Shown here: positions 1 to 9,403 of the stretch, piece after piece
Layout of the letters: each line of letters opens with the position of its first letter
How positions within the stretch are numbered: the first letter of the stretch is position 1
From: an uncultured Planctomycetota bacterium
GTDB taxonomy: Bacteria > Planctomycetota > PLA2 > JAEUHO01
Assembly (NCBI GenBank): GCA_963752285.1
Contig: CAVVXN010000002.1
Location: 384,001-448,000, forward strand
Direction of reading: 5' to 3'
Length of the DNA stretch: 64,000 nucleotides
The notes under the pieces: model-generated
The model's database searches: none
What the model was told of the DNA's origin: nothing
The model's input: the letters and a program-made list of their open reading frames with translations, nothing else
Translations under genes and position numbers: made by a program

Positions 1-811
1 CGAGGCGCCGACGCCCATCTCCATGATCCTGGCCGGCGTGCTCCTCAAGATGGGCGGGTATGGCCTGCTCCGGATCGCGTACCCGTTCTTCCCCGAGGCC
101 TCGGCGTCGCTGTGGCTGCCGATCGCGACGATCTCGGTGATCGCGATCGTCTACGGCGCGCTCGTCGCGATGGCCCAGACCGACTTCAAGAAGCTGATCG
201 CGTACTCGTCGATCGGGCACATGGGCTTCGTGACGCTGGGCATCGCGTCGGCCACCGCCGGGGGCCTCAACGGGGCGATGTACATGATGCTCGCGCACGG
301 GACGATCAGCGCGATGCTCTTCATGGTCGTGGGCGTGATCTACGACCGCGCGCACCACCGCGACCTCGACCGCTTCGGCGGCCTCGCGTGGGTGATGCCC
401 CGGTACGCGGTCCTCGCCTCGTTCGCCATGTTCGCGAGCCTGGGCCTGCCGATGCTCTCGGGGTTCGTGGCGGAGGCGACGACGTTCATCGGCGCCTTCG
501 GGAGCCCCATCCCGGGCTTCCAGGTGTTCGCGCTCCTCTCGCTCGCTGGCGTCGTCGTGACGGCGGGGTACTACCTGATCACCCTGCAGAAGGTCTACCT
601 CGGGCCGACGCCCGAGGCGTACCGCGACACGCGGCGTTTCCCGGACCTCTCGGCGCGGGAGATGGCCGTCCTGCTCCCGCTGGCCGCCGTGACGCTCTTC
701 ATGGGCATCTACCCCGCCACCGCGATGAACCTCTACACGGGTGTGATGGACAAGATGCTGCCCACGCTCGAGCTCGGCGTGCGGATGGCGGCCGGTGGGG
801 GCGGCGCGTGA
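1..811 (+). CDS. nuoM: NADH-quinone oxidoreductase subunit M (5' truncated by window edge)
   Basis: Frame open from base 2 (EAPTPISMILAGVLLKMGGYG); motifs KKLIAYSSIGHMG, AHG, SLGLPMLSGFVAE; stop overlaps nuoN start (GTGA). Confidence 0.95.
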   Translation, partial: EAPTPISMILAGVLLKMGGYGLLRIAYPFFPEASASLWLPIATISVIAIVYGALVAMAQTDFKKLIAYSSIGHMGFVTLGIASATAGGLNGAMYMMLAHGTISAMLFMVVGVIYDRAHHRDLDRFGGLAWVMPRYAVLASFAMFASLGLPMLSGFVAEATTFIGAFGSPIPGFQVFALLSLAGVVVTAGYYLITLQKVYLGPTPEAYRDTRRFPDLSAREMAVLLPLAAVTLFMGIYPATAMNLYTGVMDKMLPTLELGVRMAAGGGGA

Positions 812-2289
812 ACGAGCTGCTCGTCCTCCTCCCCGCGGGCCTCGTCGCGCTCGGAATCCTCGCCGTGCTCGCGACGGACCTCCTTCTGCACGGGCGTCGC
901 TTTGGACTGCCGACGGCGCTCGCGCTCCTCGCGCTCGTCGCGGCCGCGGCGGCGGCGCTCGTCGGACCGCGCGACGACCACGGCACGTGGCTCGGCGCGA
1001 TGCGGCCCGACGGCTTCGCGATCGCGTTCACCGTGTTCTGCGCGGCCACGGGCGTCGTGACCGTCCTCGCGACGCTCCGCGGGGAGACGCTTCGGAGGCC
1101 GAGCGGCGAGTACCTCGTGCTCGTGCTCTCGGCCGTGCTCGGCATGATCGTGCTCTCGAGCGCCGTGGACCTGATCCTCCTGTACCTCGCGTTCGAGACC
1201 GTCTCGATCCCGGCCTACGTGCTCGTCGGGATGCGTCGGGCCGACCGCGCGGCGAACGAGGCGAGCCTCAAGTACGTGCTCTTCGGCGCCGTGTCGTCCG
1301 CACTGCTTCTCTACGGCCTCACGTGGCTCGTGGGCCTCTCCGGCGGAACGTCGCTCGCCGCGCTCTCCGCCGCCGTGGACCGCGGTGTCGCGTCCGAGCC
1401 GGCGTTCCTCGTGGCCTCGGTGCTCGTGATGTCGGGCTTCGCGTTCAAGATCTCCGCGGTACCCTTCCACTTCTGGGCGCCCGACGTGTACGCGGGCGCG
1501 CCGGCCGCCGTCGGCGGGTTCCTGGCCGTGGCGAGCAAGGCGGCGGGCTTCGCGGCCCTCGTTCGCGTGATCGGGGCGACCGCGCCGGTCGTCCCGAACG
1601 CCCTCCACCCGCTCACGACTTTCGCGTGGGCCGGCAACCCGTTCGTCCTCGCGGTCACCGTCCTCTCGGTGCTCTCGATGACCGTCGGGAACCTCGGGGC
1701 GCTCCGCCAGACCGAGGTGAAGCGCCTCCTCGCGTGGTCGAGCATCGCGCACGCGGGGTACCTGCTCCTGGCCGTCGCGGTCTGGTCGGACCTCGGCGCC
1801 GCCGCCCTGCTCGTGTACCTGATCGCCTACCTCTTCATGAACCTGGCCGCGTTCCTGATCGCCGGCATCGTGATCCGGGAGCGAGGAACGGGGGACCTCT
1901 CCGCTTTCCGGGGCCTCGGCCGTCGCGCGCCCTGGCTCGGCGCGGCGTTCGCGATCGTGCTCTTCAGCCTGACCGGCCTGCCGCCCCTGTTCGGCTTCGT
2001 CGGCAAGATCGCGGTCTTCTACGCCGTGTTCGCGAAGGGATACCTCTGGCTCGGGGTGGTCGGGCTGCTCAACGGCGTCCTGTCGCTCTACTACTACGCA
2101 CGCGTCCTGGTTCGGATGTACCTGGACGACGCCGACGAGGCCGCGCTCGCCGCGCCGCTCGACCTTCGCGCCGCGGACTTCTTCCTCTGCCTCGCGCTCG
2201 TGGTGCCCACGATCGTCTTCGGCGTGTTCTGGGGCCAGGTGTGGGACCTCGCGCGCGCGGTGGTCCCGGTCCTGTTCAAGGGGGCGTAG
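808..2289 (+). CDS. nuoN: NADH-quinone oxidoreductase subunit N
   Basis: GTG at 808; motifs EASLKY, FKISAVPFHFWAPDVYAGAP, KRLLAWSSIAHAGY, SLTGLPPLFGF. Confidence 0.95.
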   Translation: MNELLVLLPAGLVALGILAVLATDLLLHGRRFGLPTALALLALVAAAAAALVGPRDDHGTWLGAMRPDGFAIAFTVFCAATGVVTVLATLRGETLRRPSGEYLVLVLSAVLGMIVLSSAVDLILLYLAFETVSIPAYVLVGMRRADRAANEASLKYVLFGAVSSALLLYGLTWLVGLSGGTSLAALSAAVDRGVASEPAFLVASVLVMSGFAFKISAVPFHFWAPDVYAGAPAAVGGFLAVASKAAGFAALVRVIGATAPVVPNALHPLTTFAWAGNPFVLAVTVLSVLSMTVGNLGALRQTEVKRLLAWSSIAHAGYLLLAVAVWSDLGAAALLVYLIAYLFMNLAAFLIAGIVIRERGTGDLSAFRGLGRRAPWLGAAFAIVLFSLTGLPPLFGFVGKIAVFYAVFAKGYLWLGVVGLLNGVLSLYYYARVLVRMYLDDADEAALAAPLDLRAADFFLCLALVVPTIVFGVFWGQVWDLARAVVPVLFKGA

Positions 2290-2292
2290 GCC

Positions 2293-3554
2293 GTGCCCGT
2301 CCACGACGACCCCGTTCGCGAGCGACTGAAGGAGCTCTTCACGCGGGCCTGGAACGGGGTCGCCGCGTACATGCTCGACGCGGAGCCGTACACGACGGCG
2401 GAGGACGCCGACCTCGTCCGCAGGGTCGAGGGCATCCGCGACGACGACCAGCGTCACGCCCGCCGGCTCGCCGAGTGGATCGACCGCCGGGGCGACGTAC
2501 CCGAGGCCACCGCGTTCCCCTACTGGCGCCGGGACCTCAACTACCTCACGGCCCCGCGCCTCGCCTCGTTCCTCGCGGGCGTCCTGGAGCGGGACGTCGC
2601 GCTGCTCGCGGAGCTCGTGGCGGACCCGTCCCTCTCCGACGAGGAACGCGCGCTCGCGCGATCCCTCCACGCCGACCGCGTGCGCCAGGTCTCCGAGCTC
2701 CGACCGGCGGTCGCCGCGGCGCTCGAGCGCGAGGCGAGACGGCTCCGCGAGGAAGCCGACGCGCTCGAGCGGACACGCCGCGTCGCCCAGGCGGCGCGCG
2801 CCGAGCGAATCGCCGCCGCGGCGGCGAAGACGCCGCCCACCCCTCCACGCGCCCGGCCGGCCGCCAAGGCCCCGCCCGCCGCGGCGCGCCCGGCCGTCGC
2901 GCCGCCGAGCGCGGCGCCTCCTGTGCCTTTGCCCGCCGCGGTGCTCGACCCGGACGAGCCCGGGATCACGGCGAAGGAGAAGGCGCGCCGCCAGATCCTC
3001 AGGATGCGCGCCGCGAAGTCGGGCGCGACCGGGTCCGCCCCGCCGCCCCCGCCGCCCGCACCGGCTGCCCCGGTCGCACCGGCCGTCCCGGCCGCTCCAG
3101 CGCCGCCCGCCGCGGCGCCTTCGCCGACCCCGACGAGCCCGGGATCACGGCGAAGGAGAAGGCGCGCCGCCAGATCCTCAGGATGCGCGCCGCGAAGTCG
3201 GGCGCGCCGGGTCCGCCCGCCGCCCCCGGCCGCACCGGCGCCCCGCCGCGCTCCACGCCCCCCCGGCCCTTCGCCGGGCCGGGGCTCCTCGACCCGGACG
3301 AGCCCGGGATCACGGCGAAGGAGAAGGCGCGCCGCCAGGTCCTCAGGATGCGCGCCGCGAAGTCGGGCGCGACCGGGTCCGCCCCGCCGCCCCCCCCGGC
3401 CGCTTCGGCTGCTCCGGCGCCGCCCGCGCCCGTGGCGGCGGACGCTCCCGCGCCCGCGCCCGAGCTTCCCGACCCCGACGAGCCCGGGATCTCCGCCAAG
3501 GAGAGGGCGCGACGGCAGGTTCTCCGGATGCGTGCGAAGCGGGACGGGGCCTGA
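2293..3554 (+). CDS. Ferritin-like domain protein with four C-terminal DPDEPGI(T/S)AKE(K/R)ARRQ(I/V)LRMRA repeats; one apparent frameshift near 3118
   Basis: Starts 3 nt after the nuoN stop. Helical N-terminus with DDDQRHARRLAEWIDRRG. Repeat 1 is in frame +1 and repeats 2-4 in frame +3, ending at TGA 3552-3554. Confidence 0.75.
2944..3540 (+). repeat. Four ~80-bp near-identical intragenic direct repeats separated by Pro/Ala linkers
   Basis: gacgagcccgggatcacggcgaaggagaaggcgcgccgccag recurs at ~2953, ~3132 and ~3297, with a diverged copy at ~3477. Confidence 0.95.
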
Positions 3555-3582
3555 TCGCGCGCGGCCCCTATCCTCTCCCCGC

Positions 3583-4848
3583 GTGACGGACGACCGATCA
3601 GCCACCGTGCCCCGGCCGCTCGTGATCGCGCACCACGGCGAGCTCGGGTTGAAGGGCGGGAACCGCGCGTCGTTCGCCCGGCGCCTGCGCGACCGTCTCC
3701 TCGAGGGGATCCGGAGCGCCGGGATGGACGCGACCGTCAGCTCCCGGGGCGCCCGCTACTTCGTCGTGCTGGAGGGCGAGACGCGTCCGGAGCACGCGCG
3801 ACGTGCGATCGACGTGGTGACGCGCGTCCCCGGCGTCGCCAACGCCGCCGCTGCGTTCCAGACGGGCGCCGACCTCGACGAGATCGTGCACGCCGCCACG
3901 CTCGCCCTCGCCCAGGCGTCGGACGGCACCTTCAAGGTCGAGACGCGACGCGCGGACAAGTCGTTTCCGCTGACGTCCATCGAAACCTCGCAGCGGCTCG
4001 CCCCGCTCCTCGCGGAGCGGACCGGGCGGACCGCGCAGGTCCGCGGTCCCGACGTCCTGGTGCGGGTGGAGATCCTCCCGGGAAGCACCGTCGTGAGCGC
4101 CGGTCTCGAGCCCGGACCCGGAGGCCTCCCCGTCGGCAGCTCGCGCCGCCTCCTCTCGTTCCTCTCGGGTGGCATCGACTCCGCCGCGGCGACCTGGCAG
4201 ATGCTCCGGCGGGGCGCACGCGTGACCGCGGTGCACTTCCACAACCGGACGCAGCAGGGCCAGGCGGTCCTCGACAAGATCGACGACATCTGCGGCGTGC
4301 TCGCCTGGTCGGCGGGGCGTCTTCCTCTCGTCGTCGTGCCGTTCGAGGCGTGCCAGCGCGCGATCGTCGCCGTCGTGCCGGCGCGATACCGCATGCTCGT
4401 GTACCGACGGGCGATGCTCCGCATCGGCGCCGCCCTCGCGCGACGCGAGCGTGCGCTGGGCTTCGTCGTCGGCGACAGCCTGGGCCAGGTCGCGAGCCAG
4501 ACCGCGGAGAACCTCCGCGCGATCCAGGCCGTCGCGACGCTCCCGGTCTACGCGCCGCTCATCGGGAGCGACAAGTCCGAGATCGTCGCGCTGGCGCGTC
4601 GCATCGGCACGTTCGAGATCTCGATCCGGCCCCATGCCGACTGTTGCTCCTTCCTCCTCGCGCGGCACCCCGCCACGCGTTCCACGCCCGCCGAGCTCGA
4701 CGAGATGGAGGCGGGCCTCGACTGGGACGCGCTCGTTCGGGAGGCGGTCGCGCGCGCAACACGCCGACTCGTCTCGCCCGACCCGGCGGCGCTCCGCGAC
4801 GCCGCGCCTCCGCCGACGCCCGCGACGGCCGCGACGCCCCGGGCGTGA
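3583..4848 (+). CDS. thiI: tRNA 4-thiouridine synthase ThiI (no rhodanese domain)
   Basis: HGELGLKGGNR, THUMP region (FKVETRRADKSFP), GGLPVG, PP-loop SGGIDS, GDSLGQVASQT, DCC. Start GTG 3583 or 3607. Confidence 0.93.
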   Translation: MTDDRSATVPRPLVIAHHGELGLKGGNRASFARRLRDRLLEGIRSAGMDATVSSRGARYFVVLEGETRPEHARRAIDVVTRVPGVANAAAAFQTGADLDEIVHAATLALAQASDGTFKVETRRADKSFPLTSIETSQRLAPLLAERTGRTAQVRGPDVLVRVEILPGSTVVSAGLEPGPGGLPVGSSRRLLSFLSGGIDSAAATWQMLRRGARVTAVHFHNRTQQGQAVLDKIDDICGVLAWSAGRLPLVVVPFEACQRAIVAVVPARYRMLVYRRAMLRIGAALARRERALGFVVGDSLGQVASQTAENLRAIQAVATLPVYAPLIGSDKSEIVALARRIGTFEISIRPHADCCSFLLARHPATRSTPAELDEMEAGLDWDALVREAVARATRRLVSPDPAALRDAAPPPTPATAATPRA

Positions 4849-4938
4849 GGCGAGGCTTCGCGCGGGCCGAGGGCGCCGTGCGCGGCCGGGCGTCCGTGCC
4901 AGAGGCGGTACGCGGACGAGGCGAGGCTGGCGACGCGT

Positions 4939-5646
4939 TCATCCCGTCTGGGGACCCCTCTTCCCGCGCCGTCGCCTCCGCCGACGGGTCGCGCCGAACC
5001 CCAGGGCCGCCGTCCCGACGAGGAGCAGGCTCGCGGGTTCGGGCACGGGCGCCACGGACGGCCCCGTACCGGGCGTGGGCGTTCCCGACGCCGTCCAGTC
5101 GCTCGCGTTGTCGTCGGTGTCGGTCGCGTAGGCGTCGCGCGTGAGGCTGTAGCCGGCCGGGACGTCCTCTGCGTACGCGCCCTCGCCCGCGCCGTACGCG
5201 CCGGCGTCGCCGTACTGGAGCGCGTCCGCGATCGCTCCGTCCGGGTCCACGAGGCGGATCGCGTCGGGCCCGTTCTGCCAGTCCACCTCGGCCACCCCGT
5301 CGCGCGCCGCGAGCACGTCGCCCGCCGCAAAGGACGTCGCCAGGACGAGGAGCCCGTCGTCGGGGATCGACACGTCGTCGAGGGAGACGGTGCGGTAAAC
5401 CGAGCCGTCGAGCCCGTTCACGCCCTCGATCGACCACCCGTCGAGCGAGAACCCCGCGCTCCCGTAGATCTCCGTGAACACGTCGTCGGCGTCCGCGCCG
5501 TCGCCGTCGTAGCAGACCTCGTAGAGGATCGGGTCGGCCCGCGCCGGACGCGCGGCGAGCGCGAGGCCGGCGAGCGACGACGCGAGGAGGAGGGGGAGGG
5601 CGAACAGGGTTCGTCCGATCGGCGGGACGGTGGCGGGGCGTCGCAT
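4939..5646 (-). CDS. Secreted PEP-CTERM protein with acidic lamin-tail-like domain
   Basis: Signal peptide ending PARA; EVCYDGDGAD...FTEI and WQNGPDAIRL; C-terminal VPEPASLLLVGTAALGFG followed by poly-Arg. Confidence 0.88.
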   Translation of the reverse strand: MRRPATVPPIGRTLFALPLLLASSLAGLALAARPARADPILYEVCYDGDGADADDVFTEIYGSAGFSLDGWSIEGVNGLDGSVYRTVSLDDVSIPDDGLLVLATSFAAGDVLAARDGVAEVDWQNGPDAIRLVDPDGAIADALQYGDAGAYGAGEGAYAEDVPAGYSLTRDAYATDTDDNASDWTASGTPTPGTGPSVAPVPEPASLLLVGTAALGFGATRRRRRRRGKRGPQTG

Positions 5647-5882
5647 GGGTTCCTCGGCGTGGGGGGACACCCCTCCATCGCGCGGGCCTCGCGCACGGTC
5701 ACACACGTCGCCCGCGGCGGGGACCTCTGTCCCGACGGCGGCGAGCGCGCGGGGTCGCCGCGCGTCCCGCCGCGCGCCCCGCCACGGGGGTTGGGATCTC
5801 TCGTTGGAGGAAGGGCGCCCGCCCGGCTGCGAGGTAGGGTTTCCTACTTCGCCTCTTCCCAGGCGCTTCCCGAGGAGGGTTC

Positions 5883-7316
5883 ATGATCGACCGCATCGGC
5901 GAGCGCTTCCGCGCCGTCTGCCCGTCGGCCGACTTCGTGTCGCTCAGGTACGTCGACGACCAGACCGAGGGCTTCGGCGTGCGCCAGGGCGTCGTCGAGC
6001 CCGTGGAGACGCAGCGTGACGTCGGTGCCATGCTCACGGTCGTGGACCGCGGCGGCCTCGGCTACGCCGCGACGAGCGACGTCAGCCAGGCGGGCCTCGC
6101 CGAGGCCGCGCGGCGCGCGCTCGCGTGGGCGAGGAAGAGCGCGGGGCGTACCGTCACCGACTACTCCCGCCTCCCGCTCGGCGGCGGGAAGGGCGCCTAC
6201 GAGTCACCGGTCCGCGTGCCGTGGAATCGGACCTCGCTCGCGGACAAGGTGGACCAGCTTCGCCAGGAGAACGAGCGCCTCAAGACGGATGAGCGCATCG
6301 TCGACTGGTGGGCGCGCCTCGCACGCGTCGAGGAGGACTCCCTCTACGTGGACTCGGAGGGCGCAGAGATCCGCCAGCGCTTCGAGATCGTGATGCCGAG
6401 CATGGGCGTGGTCGCGTTCGACGGGAAGGAGCCCGTGCGGCGCACGCTCTACGGCCACGGCGCGGTCCGTCAGGGCGGCCTGGAGGTCTTGGACGACGTC
6501 GGGTTCTACACCGCGGCGCCGCGGCTCGTCGAGGAGGCGCTCGTGCTCCTCGCCGCCCCCGATTGCCCGTCCGGCGCGCTCGACGTGGTGCTCGCACCCG
6601 ACCAGATGATCCTCCAGATCCACGAGTCGATCGGGCATCCCCTCGAGCTCGACCGCATCCTCGGCGACGAGCGCAACTACGCCGGCACGTCGTTCGTCAC
6701 GCTCGACATGTTCGGCACGTACCGGTACGGCTCCGACCTCCTGAACATCGTGTGGGACCCGACGCGCCCCGAGCAGCTCGCGTCGTTCGCGTTCGACGAC
6801 GAGGGCACGCCCGCGAGCAAGGAGCACGTGATCCGCGAGGGGATCCTGCTCCGGCCCCTCGGGGGCCGGACCTCGCAGGCGCGCGCCGGGATCGCGGGCG
6901 TCGCCACCACGCGTGCGAGCGGGTGGAACCGCCCGCCGATCGACCGCATGGCGAACCTGAACCTCGAGCCGGGCACGAGCACGTTCGACGAGCTCGTGCG
7001 CGGCGTCGAGCGCGGCGTGTACATGGAGACGAACACGTCGTGGTCGATCGACGACTCCCGAAACAAGTTCCAGTTCGGGTGCGAGCGCGGCCGCCTGATC
7101 GAGGACGGCGAGCTCAAGGGCGTGGTGAAGAAGCCCAACTACCGCGGGATCTCGGCCACGTTCTGGCGAAGCCTCACGGGCGTCGGCGACGAGAGCACCT
7201 TCCAGGTCCTCGGCACGCCGAACTGCGGCAAGGGAGAGCCCAACCAGCTGGTCCGGGTCGGGCACGCTTCCCCGGCGTGTCGCTTCTCGGGTGTGGAGGT
7301 GTTCGGTGGTGTCTGA
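5883..7316 (+). CDS. tldD: TldD family metalloprotease
   Basis: QIHESIGHPLELDR (HExxGH), FDDEG, PIDRMANLNL, CGKGEP; RBS ggag upstream. Confidence 0.92.
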   Translation: MIDRIGERFRAVCPSADFVSLRYVDDQTEGFGVRQGVVEPVETQRDVGAMLTVVDRGGLGYAATSDVSQAGLAEAARRALAWARKSAGRTVTDYSRLPLGGGKGAYESPVRVPWNRTSLADKVDQLRQENERLKTDERIVDWWARLARVEEDSLYVDSEGAEIRQRFEIVMPSMGVVAFDGKEPVRRTLYGHGAVRQGGLEVLDDVGFYTAAPRLVEEALVLLAAPDCPSGALDVVLAPDQMILQIHESIGHPLELDRILGDERNYAGTSFVTLDMFGTYRYGSDLLNIVWDPTRPEQLASFAFDDEGTPASKEHVIREGILLRPLGGRTSQARAGIAGVATTRASGWNRPPIDRMANLNLEPGTSTFDELVRGVERGVYMETNTSWSIDDSRNKFQFGCERGRLIEDGELKGVVKKPNYRGISATFWRSLTGVGDESTFQVLGTPNCGKGEPNQLVRVGHASPACRFSGVEVFGGV

Positions 7317-8679
7317 CGCAGCCCTCCTCTCTCCCGACGCCACGCGTGCCGCCTCTGCGCGCGAGACGTTCGGTCGCCTCGCGGCGCGGATGATCGGCCA
7401 GCTCCAGTCGGGCGAGGTCCTCTTCTGCACGATCCGCGGCGAGGACTCCGATTTCGTCCGTCTGAACCACGGCGAGGTCCGGCAGGCCGGCTCGGTGATG
7501 CAGCGTCACTTCTCCCTGCACCTGATCCGGGGCGCGCGGCACGTGACGGGCCGCGTCACGCTGGCCGGCGAGGAGGCCGACGACGTCCAGCGCCTCGAGA
7601 CCGCCCTGCGCGGCCTCCGCGAGCGCATTGCGCTCCTCCCCGAGGACCCGTACCTGCTCTACGCCACGGACGCGGGGGAGCGCGAGACCCACGCGTCGAG
7701 CGACCTCCCCGACCCCGGGGCGGCCCTCGACAAGATCCGCGCGGCGTCGGGCGACCGGGACCTGGTCGGGATCTACGCGTCCGGCGCGATCTACGTGGGG
7801 CTCGTGAGCTCGCTCGGGCAGTCGTACTGGTACGACACGCGGAACTTCAACTTCGACTGGAGCTTCTACCACGCGGGCGACAAGGCCGTGAAGACGGCCT
7901 ACGCGGGCTTCTCGTGGGACGACGAGGCCTTCGAACGCAAGGTGGACCTCGCGTCGCGCCAGCTGGAAGCCCTGAAGCGCCCCGCGCGCACGGTGCCGCC
8001 CGGCCCGTACCGGGCGTACCTCGCCCCGGCCGCGCTCTCGGACGTGTTCAGCCTCCTCTCGTGGGGCGGCTTCGGCCTGAAGATGCTGAAGACCCGGCAG
8101 AGCCCCCTGATGCGCCTCGCGAGCGGCGAGGCCGCGATGCACGAGAGCGTGCGACTCGTCGAGAACACGGCGGAGGGCATCGCCCCGGACTTCCAGGAGG
8201 ACGGCTTCCTCAAGCCCGCCACGGTGCCGCTGATCCAGTCGGGTCGCCTGGCCGAGACGCTCGTGTCGCCGCGGTCGGCGAAGGAGTACGGCGTACCCAC
8301 GAACGGGGCCTCGGCCGCGGAGACGCCGGAGGCGATGGACCTCGGCGCCGGCGACCTGCCGCACGACGACGTGCTGGCGAAGCTCGGCACCGGCGTGTGG
8401 ATCGGGAACGTCTGGTACTTGAACTACTCGGACCGCGCCGCCTGCCGCACGACGGGCATGACGCGGTTCGCCACGTTCTGGGTCGAGGACGGCGAGATCG
8501 TCGCCCCCCTGAACGTCATGCGCTTCGACGACACCGTGTACGACATGCTCGGCAAGAACCTGGACGGCCTGACGCAGGACCGCGAGCTGATCCTCGAGCC
8601 CGGCACGTACTTCCAGCGCGAGGCGGCGAGCGGACACTTCCCCGGCGCCCTCGTGAACGACTTCCGCTTCACGCTGTAG
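7309..8679 (+). CDS. TldE/PmbA-type partner subunit
   Basis: Overlaps the tldD end; no HExxH; WYLNYSDR...TGMTRFATFWVEDGEI motif typical of TldD partners. Confidence 0.85.
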   Translation: MSDAALLSPDATRAASARETFGRLAARMIGQLQSGEVLFCTIRGEDSDFVRLNHGEVRQAGSVMQRHFSLHLIRGARHVTGRVTLAGEEADDVQRLETALRGLRERIALLPEDPYLLYATDAGERETHASSDLPDPGAALDKIRAASGDRDLVGIYASGAIYVGLVSSLGQSYWYDTRNFNFDWSFYHAGDKAVKTAYAGFSWDDEAFERKVDLASRQLEALKRPARTVPPGPYRAYLAPAALSDVFSLLSWGGFGLKMLKTRQSPLMRLASGEAAMHESVRLVENTAEGIAPDFQEDGFLKPATVPLIQSGRLAETLVSPRSAKEYGVPTNGASAAETPEAMDLGAGDLPHDDVLAKLGTGVWIGNVWYLNYSDRAACRTTGMTRFATFWVEDGEIVAPLNVMRFDDTVYDMLGKNLDGLTQDRELILEPGTYFQREAASGHFPGALVNDFRFTL

Positions 8680-8748
8680 TCCCCCTCGTCCGCTCGGGGT
8701 CCGCGTGGGGTCCTGGCCCGCCGCGGGGGCCGCCTCCCCGGCCGTCCG

Positions 8749-9200
8749 TCAGGCCGGGTCGTCGGGTTCCTCCAGCCAGCTGGCGTCGAACAGGTCCTTC
8801 TTCCGCCCCGTGGCCTTCTTGTTGCGGAGGAGGGCTTCCCTCCCGAGCACGGGAACCGCCTGCCCCTCCACGGGGGCCGTGACCCGGGAGGTCGACGCCT
8901 CGTCGAAGGTCACGCCGTCGATCTCGGTGAGGAGGTCGATTCGATTCGGCACCACGCCGATCTGGAAGATCAGCCCCGGCGTGGCGAGGTCCTGCTCGGA
9001 GGGATCGGCGAGCGGGGCCCCGAAGCTCCTGAGGGCGAGCAGGACCCGCTTCGCGTTCTCGGGCGTGGGGCGACCCAGATTTCGATGTCACCGGTCGCCC
9101 TCGGGTACCCATGTGCGATGAGCGCGTATCCACCTACGACGAGGTAGTCAGCGCCGGCCTCGGACAACGCGGACAACATCTCTCTGAAGTCCCTGTTCAC
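8749..9200 (-). CDS. Nucleotidyltransferase-fold protein (DUF6036-like), 1-nt frameshift at the G run 9067-9070
   Basis: VVGGYALIAHGYPRATGDIEIWV continues in another frame as TPENAKRVLLALRSFG...NRIDLLTEIDGVTF...NKKATGRKKDLFD. One added base restores a ~150 aa protein. Confidence 0.85.
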
Positions 9201-9357
9201 CGATCGGCTCTCCCCGGAATGCCCACACGTCCTTCGTGATCTGCCAGGCGATCTCCCAGAGCTCCGCGATGGTCTTGCCCTTCACCCGGCTGCCCGGACG
9301 GGGCTGTCCGGGGCGGACGACGCGGACGGGGCCACGGGATCGATCCACGAGCGACAT
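9148..9357 (-). CDS. Small (69 aa) putative partner protein upstream of the nucleotidyltransferase
   Basis: ELWEIAWQITKDVWAFRGEP...LQRDVVRVVRGRR; overlaps the downstream gene by 53 nt. Confidence 0.7.
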   Translation of the reverse strand: MSLVDRSRGPVRVVRPGQPRPGSRVKGKTIAELWEIAWQITKDVWAFRGEPIGEQGLQRDVVRVVRGRR

Positions 9358-9403
9358 TCTATCCCGACCGGTCTCCGAGGGGATCGCCCTCGTGGGCGGC
9401 GGG

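Noticed and set aside
2944..3540. Regularly spaced direct repeats resembling a CRISPR array
   Set aside because: Repeats are ~80 bp and code for a protein motif; the spacers are Pro/Ala linkers of uneven length; no cas genes.
2293..4848. 851-aa ferritin-ThiI fusion in the ORF track
   Set aside because: Artefact of the frameshift near 3118; the repeat protein ends at TGA 3554 and thiI has its own start.
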